In this document: one piece after another, positions 26,353-36,490 of the stretch
How positions within the stretch are numbered: position 1 is the stretch's first letter
How the letters are laid out: every line of letters starts with the position of its first letter
IMG/VR virus record: IMGVR_UViG_3300037109_000068
Coordinates: 1 to 64,000 of that record
Strand: one strand, 5' to 3'
Source: a virus
Length of the DNA: 64,000 bases
Translations under genes and position numbers: made by a program
Notes under the pieces: model-generated
Databases searched by the model: none
What the model was told of the DNA's origin: nothing
Seen by the model: only the letters and a program-made list of their open reading frames with translations

Positions 26353-27924
26353 GATTGAAAAGTTTTAAGTTAAATTAATAATTGATTGATTAAAAGTTTG
26401 AACATGTATTCCGATTCGACCGTATTTGCAACAAATAAAATATTGTCCAAAAAATACATGTTGTAAAAAAACATGAAAAAATTTATCACCACATTATTAT
26501 TTTGTTTCGTGGATTTTATTCGATTTTACATGTTGACCGGAAATCGAAAAAACGTTCGAGGTCTACGTCCTCTGCGTTGGTTGATATTTCGGAGTGATCA
26601 ACATCCGTTTTTCTATTCAGTAACGTTTTAGCACGGTTGAGAGATATCAGCAAACATCGTTTGCATTTTGTTAACGTGTAATACAATTCAATACTTAAAT
26701 ATCGGTATAATTAATTAATCGTCCAAATAAAAATACATCATAATTCATATATAGAATTTACCATACCTAAATAAACCATCAAAAGCAATCATTAATTAAA
26801 CGATATTAAAATAAATTCATATGTATTATATATAAAACAGCATAAAATATACGTGTAGTAATGCATGTATATGGCAATGGGATAATTATATGGAATGCAT
26901 AAAATATATATAACAGTACACATATGCATACACCACACTATATGACTACGTATCATTATACTACATACATATACCATACTATTAATCTAATATAATCATA
27001 TATAATAAAACAATCATAAAGTATACACAATACAATCAATATGCATATATAACATATGCATTGTACCATGCATGTATACACATATACACAACATAACATA
27101 TGTATGGTATAACATATAGCATACATAATATATACATATTAATAACATCATGTATATATCATTAATTATATATGTATTGATCATTACATATATGTATGGA
27201 TTAATCATGTGTATTGTATATAACATGCATTGTAATATGATAAAAAAAATTTGTGTGGAGGTGATTGATCGGTCGATTAAAAACATGTATACATGATTGT
27301 ACCATGCAATATATAATACATTGATAATCAATCATCATTTTGTCACATAAATTGTATTATGTTAAATAGGAATCAGTGCAGAATGATTAACATATTAATG
27401 ATCAACGAGATAGCGAAAACACGTTTGGCGCCTTGAGGTCAAAAAACGTGTCAGAGATACCCCCTCTATTAGATAGTATTTTTTTTGAATAATTAACCTT
27501 TCAGTAGTATAATTGAAATACTAAACACTTACTAACACAATAGTAAAATAGACAATGAATAGAATAATGGTAAATAATATAAAAAAGGAATTATGCATAT
27601 ATGTATTGTATATATACGTTATATTAGTTGTTTATAGTATACTTTTTAATTACTTTTTTAATACTTATGTATAAAGGCTGTTTATAGAATATAGTTTAAT
27701 ATAAAATTAATACGATTTCACCATTATACTAGAATATTAGAGGTAAAAAAAATTTATAAAAAAATTTTCTAGAATTTTGAATTGATTTTTTCGGTTCAAG
27801 AAGTAGTACGAATAATCTTTTATTACTGTGAATAGTATAGATTATTTGAAGTTAGGGAAAATATAAAAAGAGAAACTATTTAAGTAATTATAATAATTTT
27901 ATTGAGATAAAATTATTATAGGCT
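26353..27924. other. non-coding divergent control hub between the minus-strand early arm and the plus-strand late arm (promoters, possibly ori/pac)
   Basis: No credible ORF in 1.57 kb. The flanking genes diverge from it. Confidence 0.7.
26815..27335. repeat. low-complexity alternating purine/pyrimidine tract rich in ATGCAT/CATATG/GTATAC/ACATGT words
   Basis: For example, 27067-27090 is a perfect 24-nt Y-R alternation. ATGCAT recurs at least 7 times. Confidence 0.7.
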
Positions 27925-28602
27925 ATGGCAAGAAGACGTAAAAAAGACAAAACACCTGTACATAGAAATGTGATTACTAACACTCCAATAGTTAGTAGTG
28001 AAATGGCAGACCAAGAGAATACTAAAATTCTTGAAAAAATTGCCAATGGAACATACGCAAAGCCAGACACCCTTAAAAAACATGGAAACATTGAACCAAA
28101 GTTTAAGAATGATTTTATGCGCCAGGTATATTATCTAGCAAAGTTAGGAGCTAGGGATTGTGACATTGCACAATTTTTTGGGGTAGATATTACATGTATA
28201 GACCATTGGAAAACCAAAAACCTTGATTTTATGGAGGCCTTAAAAGAAGGCAAGTGGATGTTTGGATTTCGTGTTAGTGAAACATTAGGCAATCGGGCAC
28301 TAGGATATGATTATACAGAGGTGGAACATAGTCAACACGTAGATAGGTTTGGAGAAATTCGAAACTTAACGAAAGTTACACATAAACATATGGCGCCTGA
28401 CGTAACGGCAATTATATTCTTTTTGAAAAATAGGCATCGGGATTTATGGGCAGACGTTAACAAGACTGAAGTAGACGCAAGGTATCAAGTAGAACTATCC
28501 AAAAAGATGGATTTAACTATTCTTACAGAAGCAGAACAGAAAATGGTAAAAAGTATTGCTATAAAAAATATAAGTACAATCCATGGGGTCTCAGGTAATT
28601 GA
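27925..28602 (+). CDS. terS: terminase small subunit
   Basis: First late gene and overlaps the TerL start. HTH-like LGARDCDIAQFFGVDITCIDHW. Confidence 0.65.
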   Translation: MARRRKKDKTPVHRNVITNTPIVSSEMADQENTKILEKIANGTYAKPDTLKKHGNIEPKFKNDFMRQVYYLAKLGARDCDIAQFFGVDITCIDHWKTKNLDFMEALKEGKWMFGFRVSETLGNRALGYDYTEVEHSQHVDRFGEIRNLTKVTHKHMAPDVTAIIFFLKNRHRDLWADVNKTEVDARYQVELSKKMDLTILTEAEQKMVKSIAIKNISTIHGVSGN

Positions 28603-30121
28603 TAGAACATACGTAAAGAAGAAAGATACGAAAGAGGAAACTCTACAAAAGGTACTAGACAATCCTTTTGCAGTATTACTTTCTATGGGTGGACTATCAT
28701 TATATGAATTTATCCAGGTATTTTGGAATGAAATAGTCGAGGATGAATTTAAAACGAATTGGCATATTGAATATTTATGTAAGGAATTAGAGGAAATTGC
28801 AACACGTGTAGGAAACCACGAAAAGAAATTATACGATTTAATTATTAATATTCCACCAGGGACTACAAAAACTATTGTTTGCTCGATTATGTTTCCAGTG
28901 TGGTGTTGGACAAAATGGCCCTGGATGCGTTTTATTACAGGAAGCTATTCATCTGATTTATCTCTTGAAAGTGCTGAAAAAAGTCGAGACATTATGCGCT
29001 CCGACAAATTTGCTTTACTCTATCCAAATATCTTCATCAAAGAGGACAAGAATACTAAATCGAATTATCGTATTGCTATACGCGAATTAGATGAGGTTGG
29101 AAATAGACAACGAGTTGTATTTGGAGGAGGTCGGTTTTCAACTTCGGTAGGTGGAACCATTACAGGATTCCACGGACATATTAATATATGGGATGATCCA
29201 ATTAATCCAAAGCAAGCCGTCTCAGAGCCTATGTTAAATACGGCAAACAATTGGGTAGATCAGTCTGCAAGTACTCGTAAGGCTGATAAAGAAGTTTCAG
29301 TAACAATTATGGTAATGCAGCGTCTTCACCAAAAAGATCCAACAGGACATTTATTAGATAAGAAAGATAAAGTAATTCGACATATTTGCCTACCAGGTGA
29401 GATTCGAAATTATAAAGAACAATTAAATCCACCTGAATTAGCAAAATTTTATGTAGATGAATTACTTGACCCAATTCGCTTAAGTTGGAAATCACTAAAG
29501 GAAATGGAAGCGGATTTAGGCATATATGGATATGCAGGTCAAGTTGGGCAGCATCCAACACCACCCGGTGGAGGTATGTTTAAAGTGGGAAATTTTCAAA
29601 TTATAGATACTTTGCCTCATGAAATTAATTGGAATGCAAGAATGCGTTACTGGGATAAGGCTGGTACGGAAGGTGCAGGAAAGAGAACAGCAGGAGTAAA
29701 GATGATTAGACTCACAAATAATAAAGTAATTATTGTCGATGTTCGGAAAGGCCAATGGGCTGCAGAAAAGCGGGAACAAATTATAAAAGCAACGGCACAA
29801 GCAGATACAAGAGCATTTGAAATTGCAATAGAGCAAGAACCCGGATCTGGAGGAAAAGAATCAGCAGAAGCCACAACAAGAAATTTAGCAGGATTTGTAA
29901 TAAAAAAGGATTTGCCACATGGTGATAAAGTATATCGTGCAGAGCCTCTTGCAGTACAAGTAAATGAAGGCAATGTAATGCTTTTACGAGGTGAATGGAA
30001 TCATGACTTTATCGAAGAATTTCGGTTTTTTCCATTTGGAAATTTCAAAGATCAAGTAGATGCTACGTCAGCAGGATTTAATTTAATAATGCAACGAAGA
30101 ACAGCAAGGAGAATTACATAA
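28583..30121 (+). CDS. terL: terminase large subunit
   Basis: Walker A-like IPPGTTKT, Walker B HINIWDDP. Nuclease Asp motifs YWDKAG and DQVDATSAG. Confidence 0.9.
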   Translation: MGSQVIDRTYVKKKDTKEETLQKVLDNPFAVLLSMGGLSLYEFIQVFWNEIVEDEFKTNWHIEYLCKELEEIATRVGNHEKKLYDLIINIPPGTTKTIVCSIMFPVWCWTKWPWMRFITGSYSSDLSLESAEKSRDIMRSDKFALLYPNIFIKEDKNTKSNYRIAIRELDEVGNRQRVVFGGGRFSTSVGGTITGFHGHINIWDDPINPKQAVSEPMLNTANNWVDQSASTRKADKEVSVTIMVMQRLHQKDPTGHLLDKKDKVIRHICLPGEIRNYKEQLNPPELAKFYVDELLDPIRLSWKSLKEMEADLGIYGYAGQVGQHPTPPGGGMFKVGNFQIIDTLPHEINWNARMRYWDKAGTEGAGKRTAGVKMIRLTNNKVIIVDVRKGQWAAEKREQIIKATAQADTRAFEIAIEQEPGSGGKESAEATTRNLAGFVIKKDLPHGDKVYRAEPLAVQVNEGNVMLLRGEWNHDFIEEFRFFPFGNFKDQVDATSAGFNLIMQRRTARRIT

Positions 30122-31578
30122 TGGATAAAATATCTAGACAAGTTGGAAAAGGAATAGTAACGAATGCACAAATACAAACGCTTGCGAGTGCACTTGTATC
30201 AAGAATGAATCTTGCAACATCTCTTGGGGTACAATCATATGGAGGTGCTAGAGATATTTATGAAGCTTTAGGATATAAGACATTGTTAACCTATCAAGAC
30301 TTTGTACTTCGATATGATAGACAAGATATTGCAAAAGCAGTTATAGATCGTCCAGCAATTGCAACCTGGCAAGGTGATTTGTTTATTACTGATTCTAATA
30401 AAGGTGAAGACACAGCACTTGAAAAGAAATGGAAAGAACTTGATGACAAATTTTCTTTTAAATCTATATTTTTACGTGCTGATAAATGTGCAGGATTAGG
30501 GAAATATGGTGTACTTTTACTTGGGTTAGATGATACAAGGACCACAGAAGATTTTAGAAATCCTGCACGAGTAGGAAGTAAATTACTTTATTTACGGCCT
30601 TTTGGACAAGGAAGCGCTATTGTAAATGATTATGTTATAGAAACAACGGATCCAAGATATGGGTTACCATTAAATTATGGTATCACTGTTCAACAAGCAG
30701 AACAAGGAAACAGCATGTCTATTACTGTACATTATAGTCGAGTAGTACATATTGTGGATGATATTGTAGAAAGTGAAATTGAAGGTTCACCACGTCTAGA
30801 AGCAGTGTTTAATAGGTTAATGGACCTTGAGAAATTAGTTGGAGGTGATGCTGAGATGTTTTGGCGTGGAGCAAGGCCAGGTTATAGTGGAGTTGCAGGT
30901 AAGGATTATCAAGTGACGGATGCTACTATGACTGATTTGAAAGATCAAGTAGATGAATTTGAGCATAATTTACGTAGGATATTAATTTCTGAAGGAATTG
31001 ATTTAAAGGCGCTTGCTCAACAGATCGCGGATCCTGCAACACATGTAGACGTACAAATACAAATGATTGCTGCTGCTACAGGTATTCCGAAAAGAGTCTT
31101 GGTTGGAACGGAACGTGGTGAATTGTCTTCTGCACAAGATGCTTTAGAATATAAAATTTATGTGAAGTCTCGTAGAGAAGATTTTGCAGAGTTAAGAATA
31201 GTTCGACCATTTGTTAATAGTTTAATTGCGTTAAAAATATTACCTACCCCAAATGGAGGAAAGTATACGGTAAAATGGTCAGATTTATTTGCAGTCTCAG
31301 AAGCTGACCGTGTGAAAATTGGATTAGATCGTTCATCAGCACTTAAAAATTACACAAGTTCACCAACAGCTGAGGCAGTAATGTCTCCAGAAGATTTCTT
31401 AAAATATGGATTAGGTTTACAACCTGATGATATTACAAGTGTAAAGGATGGAATGAATACAGGAATACTTGAAGAAGCAAGAGCACAAAAAGCAATTCAG
31501 CCATTTACACAACCAGCAGCACAACCTAAACAACCAATAGTTAAACCAAAACAACCTATTACAAGAGCAGCAAAATGA
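30121..31578 (+). CDS. portal protein
   Basis: 485 aa, start overlaps the TerL stop (TAATG), followed by a MuF-like gene. Confidence 0.8.
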   Translation: MDKISRQVGKGIVTNAQIQTLASALVSRMNLATSLGVQSYGGARDIYEALGYKTLLTYQDFVLRYDRQDIAKAVIDRPAIATWQGDLFITDSNKGEDTALEKKWKELDDKFSFKSIFLRADKCAGLGKYGVLLLGLDDTRTTEDFRNPARVGSKLLYLRPFGQGSAIVNDYVIETTDPRYGLPLNYGITVQQAEQGNSMSITVHYSRVVHIVDDIVESEIEGSPRLEAVFNRLMDLEKLVGGDAEMFWRGARPGYSGVAGKDYQVTDATMTDLKDQVDEFEHNLRRILISEGIDLKALAQQIADPATHVDVQIQMIAAATGIPKRVLVGTERGELSSAQDALEYKIYVKSRREDFAELRIVRPFVNSLIALKILPTPNGGKYTVKWSDLFAVSEADRVKIGLDRSSALKNYTSSPTAEAVMSPEDFLKYGLGLQPDDITSVKDGMNTGILEEARAQKAIQPFTQPAAQPKQPIVKPKQPITRAAK

Positions 31579-32480
31579 TTGAAGTCACAACATATAAAAG
31601 AAGTGTTGATCCTACACATACAACAGCATTAAGAAATCTGTTCAGTAGAGAAATGCGAAGACGTGTTGATGAAATTATTAAGGTTATTAGAATAAGTGTA
31701 ATAGATAATAACTGCTTTGGCCTTACTGATGTTAAAACTAATCAGGATGTTGTTCCAACACAGTGGCAAGAATTTGCATATGATGATAGTCAAAATAAAA
31801 TTGCTGGATTTATTGAATGGTTACAAAAGCAAGTAGATACTAGTATCTTAAATAAAGCATTATTTTCTACAGTATGGTTTAATAAATATATATTAGATGC
31901 TTATCAACGTGGAGTAGTACGAGCAAGACAAGAATTAATTAAAGCAGGTTACGTTGTTCCTACAATTGAAGAGACAGGTGGAGTTGAAATTTCAATGGCA
32001 AATCCATTATATCTTGATAGAATAGGTTTAGAATATATGTGTGTACTTGCTGATTTAAAAGGTGTAACGGATCAAATGGCTTCTTTGATGAGTCGAGTGC
32101 TTGCTGAAGGATTTATAAATGGAGACAGTCCTTCACTTATTGCAAGTAAACTTATTGCTGTTATAAATGGTGAAGGAATAGGTGATTTAGGGTTAACAGA
32201 TTCACTAGGTAGATTTATTCCAGCAGGATTACGAGCAGAAATGATAGCAAGAACAGAAATTATACGAGCACATCATCTTGCAACTATCCAAGAATATCGA
32301 AATTGGGCGGTATTTGGAGTAATGGTAAAAGCAGAATTAGTGACTGCAGGAGATGAGAAAGTATGTAGTAAATGTTTAGAATTAGAACAAGGTGGACCAT
32401 ATTCATTAGATGAAGCAGAAACTATGATTCCAGTTCACCCGTTTTGTAGATGCTGTGTAGTACCAATTGTAATAAACTAA
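31575..32480 (+). CDS. head morphogenesis protein (Mu F / SPP1 gp7 family)
   Basis: ARTEIIRAHH ... VCSKC ... VHPFCRCCVVP C-terminal signature. Confidence 0.85.
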   Translation: MIEVTTYKRSVDPTHTTALRNLFSREMRRRVDEIIKVIRISVIDNNCFGLTDVKTNQDVVPTQWQEFAYDDSQNKIAGFIEWLQKQVDTSILNKALFSTVWFNKYILDAYQRGVVRARQELIKAGYVVPTIEETGGVEISMANPLYLDRIGLEYMCVLADLKGVTDQMASLMSRVLAEGFINGDSPSLIASKLIAVINGEGIGDLGLTDSLGRFIPAGLRAEMIARTEIIRAHHLATIQEYRNWAVFGVMVKAELVTAGDEKVCSKCLELEQGGPYSLDEAETMIPVHPFCRCCVVPIVIN

Positions 32481-32491
32481 ATATAAATAAT

Positions 32492-32857
32492 ATGGCTAAT
32501 ATAACGATTTCAGGAGTAAATAAAGAATATGTACAGGTAGATACAGCACCTGAAGGTAGTGGGTATTTTACCAACGAAATAAACATTAGAAATTTAATGA
32601 AAAGAGGAGTAGGCAAAATGTTTTTTTCAATACGTGAAACGACACAAGATCCATCTGCAGGGTCGGTAATGACAATTGTACTTCAATTTAAATGTGAAGG
32701 AGATACATATTGGACAGATTATTCAAATGATTCAACTGCTTTTAAAATAGGTGATCGTAAGATTATAGATGACCAGGCTGTTAATATTCGTTGGAGAGCT
32801 GGAGTTAAGTCTGGAGGATTTACAAGTGGCTCATTAGTATTTGGATTTGATTGGTAA
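32492..32857 (+). CDS. hypothetical virion-module protein
   Basis: 121 aa from MANITISG. Confidence 0.45.
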   Translation: MANITISGVNKEYVQVDTAPEGSGYFTNEINIRNLMKRGVGKMFFSIRETTQDPSAGSVMTIVLQFKCEGDTYWTDYSNDSTAFKIGDRKIIDDQAVNIRWRAGVKSGGFTSGSLVFGFDW

Positions 32858-32869
32858 ATTAAGGTAGTA

Positions 32870-34897
32870 ATGAAAAATATAGTACGGGGAATTGTTCAAA
32901 ATAGTTTACAAAATAAGATCAACAGGGCTAAGTGGTATAATAGTTCATGGAATTACAGGCAAAAGATTGTTATATCTAGCTTCAAGCAAGTGAATGTTTT
33001 AACTAATTATAACTACAAGATTACTCTAACTTCTAGTAATTTTAATTTTACTTATACAAAATCTGACGGTAGTGATTTTGTAGTTACCTCGGCAGACGGG
33101 TTAAGCTTGTTAGATTTTTATTTAGAAAGCTATAATGTAGGCACACAAACAGGGGTATTATATGTTAAGATACCATCATTTCCGATCTTGGGTTTTGTAA
33201 ATATTTATTTATATTATGGTAACGCAACTGCCACGTCCATTGCTAAATATGATAATATCATTACGTCAGATCAAATTAAAGGACGTTGGTTATTTAATAA
33301 TAATGCATTAAATACTTCTGGGTTCGATACGCAAACAACATTAGTAGGTTTACCTTCTTTTGATTCTGGGGGAAATGGCATTATATTAAATGGAACATCT
33401 CAATATCTTTCGATTGCTTATATTTTATCTTCTGCTCCTGCAACTGGAACGTTACAGATTTGGTATACTCCCCAGGTAACTTTACCAGACTCGAAAGATC
33501 ACAGGGTATTTTGGTTTAATTCTGGATATTTCGATTTATATATAAAAAGTTCTAATGGTGGGTTAGTATATAGGACTGGAACGGGTGCTATTATTACAAC
33601 ATCTGCATTAACTTGGACAGCAGGAACAAAATATTTACTCACCCTTACTTGGTCAGGTACAAATATTTATCTATACAGAAATGAAGTATTAGTAGGATCA
33701 TCGGCAGCTTTAGTAGTGTGGTCTAGCCTCACAACTCCATTTTATATCGGTTCGACAAACACAGGTTCTGTTTTTTTGCAAGGGTTAGTTTATGATTTTA
33801 AATATTTAAGTAAATTTTTAACGGTAAATGATGTAACTGCTGATTTTAATAGGGTAGGGTTAAATATAGAGCAGATTAATTTAAAATTAAAATTATTTAG
33901 AAATAGTTCTAGTCCAGTTTTGATTGGAGATAAGGCATGGGAGTTGCACAATGGAACTACTTATCAGGTATTTGAACCTAGTGTTGTTTTAAATTATGAT
34001 CAATCTGATTCTAGCAAAAAATGGTGCATGCTATATTCGGGAAGATGGGATGGTGCTACTGGATTAGCATATAGTTCTGATTTAATTACTTGGACAAAAT
34101 ATAGTGATAATCCAGTTATAGGACAAGGTTATGGTGGAGTAACCGGTGCAACCTGTAGAAATTTTACAATATATAACAATGGATATTGGTATATGTATTA
34201 CAGTACAGGGGCTTCTACAAGTAATTTATATAGATCAAAATCTACAAATCTAATAAACTGGTCTAATGATGGCAATGATAGCAATGGAGTAGTGATTGCA
34301 AATAACGTCAAAGATTGGTCAGGGGGCTGGCAAAATTCCTCGGTTTGGATTACAGACGATAATATTTGGCATATTTATGTAGAAGGGTATAAAACAACCG
34401 GACATGGTCCGCAATGGTTTCTCTCGTATGCATATAGTTCTGATGGCAAAACATGGACATTTAGTCCTGATTCATCTGGTAATTTAAATTTCGAACCGAT
34501 GCCTACTTTACAAACAGGCGTTGCTGGGGTTGATGCATATTGTAGCTTGTCTACGCCTAAATTGATTAATAGTAAATATTATGTTTTTTATCATGGCAGA
34601 ATTAGGAGCAATATATATATGGCTTCTAGTGATAATGTTAACGGCCCTTGGGTGATATATAACAATAAACCTATATTAACATTTTCAGACGAGACAAACA
34701 TAACGAAAATAGCCCCTATAGATCAAATAGCGGATGTGTGTGTGTTTGAATATAATAATAAAACATATATATTTTATGATGCCGATAATAACATAAAGCC
34801 TTATTGCGACATAAGATTGTCACAGTATAACGGTACAATGGCTGAATTAATTAATGACATCAGTATTTTTTCTGTAATAGGCAAAGAGAATAAATAA
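32870..34897 (+). CDS. DUF2341 + LamG/concanavalin-like + 5-bladed beta-propeller (GH43/32-like) protein
   Basis: N-terminus WNYRQKIVIS...DGSDF...YLYYGN (DUF2341-like). LNGTSQYLSI (LamG-like). C-terminal repeats of the type AYSSDLITWTK / YSSDGKTWTF. Confidence 0.5.
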   Translation: MKNIVRGIVQNSLQNKINRAKWYNSSWNYRQKIVISSFKQVNVLTNYNYKITLTSSNFNFTYTKSDGSDFVVTSADGLSLLDFYLESYNVGTQTGVLYVKIPSFPILGFVNIYLYYGNATATSIAKYDNIITSDQIKGRWLFNNNALNTSGFDTQTTLVGLPSFDSGGNGIILNGTSQYLSIAYILSSAPATGTLQIWYTPQVTLPDSKDHRVFWFNSGYFDLYIKSSNGGLVYRTGTGAIITTSALTWTAGTKYLLTLTWSGTNIYLYRNEVLVGSSAALVVWSSLTTPFYIGSTNTGSVFLQGLVYDFKYLSKFLTVNDVTADFNRVGLNIEQINLKLKLFRNSSSPVLIGDKAWELHNGTTYQVFEPSVVLNYDQSDSSKKWCMLYSGRWDGATGLAYSSDLITWTKYSDNPVIGQGYGGVTGATCRNFTIYNNGYWYMYYSTGASTSNLYRSKSTNLINWSNDGNDSNGVVIANNVKDWSGGWQNSSVWITDDNIWHIYVEGYKTTGHGPQWFLSYAYSSDGKTWTFSPDSSGNLNFEPMPTLQTGVAGVDAYCSLSTPKLINSKYYVFYHGRIRSNIYMASSDNVNGPWVIYNNKPILTFSDETNITKIAPIDQIADVCVFEYNNKTYIFYDADNNIKPYCDIRLSQYNGTMAELINDISIFSVIGKENK

Positions 34898-34986
34898 AAT
34901 TTGAAAAGCTGATTAAAAAATAAAGTATGCAACTATACACAGGTAAACTACCGAGGCGAAATAATTAAACTTTAAAATATAATATT

Positions 34987-35270
34987 ATGAAAACATTTAT
35001 TAAATGGTTTGCAGGATTTTTTGAGGATCAAAAAGGATCAGCCTCAAGTAAGAGAGGGACATTATATATTTGTTTCTTTTTTGGAGAATAATTGAATCCG
35101 ATTTACATGGCGTAAAATTACAAGATTCCAATATTCTTTATTTTGTGGTTGGTGTTATATTATTCTGCATAGGAGCGGTAACATCAGAATTTTTTACAAC
35201 CATAATTGGACAGAAAAAGGAAACATCAATTGAAATAAAAAAAGAAGAAACTAAGGAAGTAACACAATAA
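34987..35270 (+). CDS. small two-TM membrane protein apparently split by a -1 frame change in a T6 run
   Basis: ORF MKTFIKWFAGFFEDQKGSASSKRGTLYICFFFGE* (34987-35091) continues in the -1 frame as the track ORF 35070-35270. The junction is C TTT TTT G at 35076-35083. Confidence 0.35.
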
Positions 35271-35275
35271 AAGCT

Positions 35276-35782
35276 ATGATTCAACTTTTAATATTATTAG
35301 TATGTTTAATTATCCTATTAGCTTTAGAAGCGGTTTGGGATTCATGTGAGTATTTAAGTCATAATTGGATTACGGAAGATGTACGAATCCAAAGAATACG
35401 TAGGAGTTTTTTTAGCCTCGTATCTCATTCAGCCCAGTTATTAACATTTGCAGGCTTTGCGGCATTCGGCATGTATGTAGGTTACGTATGTAATTTTATG
35501 AGAGGGTTTAATTGGCTGGCGTTTGGATATATTATATTAGCCTATGTACTATTTAGAATATCAATATTTAATCCAATGTATAATAAAATGACAGGAGCTC
35601 CTGTATTAACTATAGGAACTTCTAATTTTTATGATCGAATATTAAATAAAATCATTGAAATACTTCAGAGATGGGGAGGAATGAAAGACGTAAGGACATT
35701 TGAAACAATATATGGAAATGTGATGGTGCTTTGTTTTTTCCTTGCCACCTGCGCTGTAATAGGAGCAATAAATAACCTTTAA
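35276..35782 (+). CDS. multi-pass membrane protein (about 4 TM)
   Basis: Hydrophobic segments LLILLVCLIILLAL, LLTFAGFAAFGMYVGYV, LAFGYIILAYVLF and VMVLCFFLATCAVIGA. Confidence 0.6.
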   Translation: MIQLLILLVCLIILLALEAVWDSCEYLSHNWITEDVRIQRIRRSFFSLVSHSAQLLTFAGFAAFGMYVGYVCNFMRGFNWLAFGYIILAYVLFRISIFNPMYNKMTGAPVLTIGTSNFYDRILNKIIEILQRWGGMKDVRTFETIYGNVMVLCFFLATCAVIGAINNL

Positions 35783-35809
35783 TATATAAAACTATGAAAA
35801 CTTTAAATT

Positions 35810-36226
35810 ATGATCCAATTGAAGAACAACCAATCAAATATCCGAAAGGAGTCTTGTATGGTCTTATCTAATGTACTAATCACAGGGTTAATTTTTGGGA
35901 TATTATATGTAGTCTATATGGTGAATTCAGATAGACCTTTATTTTACCCGTATTTCTGGAGAACAGTAAATTATTTATTATTGTTCGGATTGCCATTTGT
36001 TTGGTTAATTTGCTTATATCCATTAAGAGTTGATGCTTTAACTACAATATTGTTATGGTCACTGATAATATTTTTTGGGGAGTTTTTAGTATTTAATTTA
36101 TTATTGGCAAATGCAGATGAATTAAAATTTAAAGAGTGGATTACTTCCAGAGTATTTAGTTTGGTGCTTTCTGGATCACTTATTGTTATGTTACTAATAG
36201 TTGCTATTGTTAAATTGTTTCGCTAA
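35810..36226 (+). CDS. multi-pass membrane protein (about 4 TM)
   Basis: Four hydrophobic segments. The start could instead be the internal MVLSNVL (35858). Confidence 0.55.
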   Translation: MIQLKNNQSNIRKESCMVLSNVLITGLIFGILYVVYMVNSDRPLFYPYFWRTVNYLLLFGLPFVWLICLYPLRVDALTTILLWSLIIFFGEFLVFNLLLANADELKFKEWITSRVFSLVLSGSLIVMLLIVAIVKLFR

Positions 36227-36490
36227 ATGTCGTTTATTATGAAATTTCCGAAAGAGTATTGGCTTACATTTGCTTTGTTTTTAGCGTTAGTTCTTTCATT
36301 TTTATTTTACAGTCATTCTATTATTACTAGAGAATTATCGGTGGCGTTATCAAAAAAAGCAGATAAGGGGTATGTTGATAAAAGAGATTCTTTGTATTTG
36401 AAGGAAATTCGAAGTCAAGGAACTAATTTAGATTCTATTTTGCTGCATCAAAGGGAAACAAATTATTTACTAAAACATTTATCAAAATGA
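36227..36490 (+). CDS. single-pass membrane protein
   Basis: N-terminal TM YWLTFALFLALVLSFLFY. Abuts the upstream stop. Confidence 0.5.
   Translation: MSFIMKFPKEYWLTFALFLALVLSFLFYSHSIITRELSVALSKKADKGYVDKRDSLYLKEIRSQGTNLDSILLHQRETNYLLKHLSK

Noticed and set aside
26792-27331. Track ORFs 26792-26977 and 27014-27331 (minus strand) inside the non-coding hub
   Set aside because: They lie wholly in the alternating purine/pyrimidine low-complexity tract. They translate to Y/I/M/C/H-rich nonsense, and they have no RBS or coupling to neighbours. They look like open frames created by composition.
28875-29973. Plus- and minus-strand ORFs nested in the terminase large-subunit gene (28875-29090, 29065-29250, 29307-29564, 29516-29836, 29647-29973)
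   Set aside because: They lie in other frames (sense or antisense) within a gene with clear TerL motifs. They have no motifs of their own and low-complexity translations.
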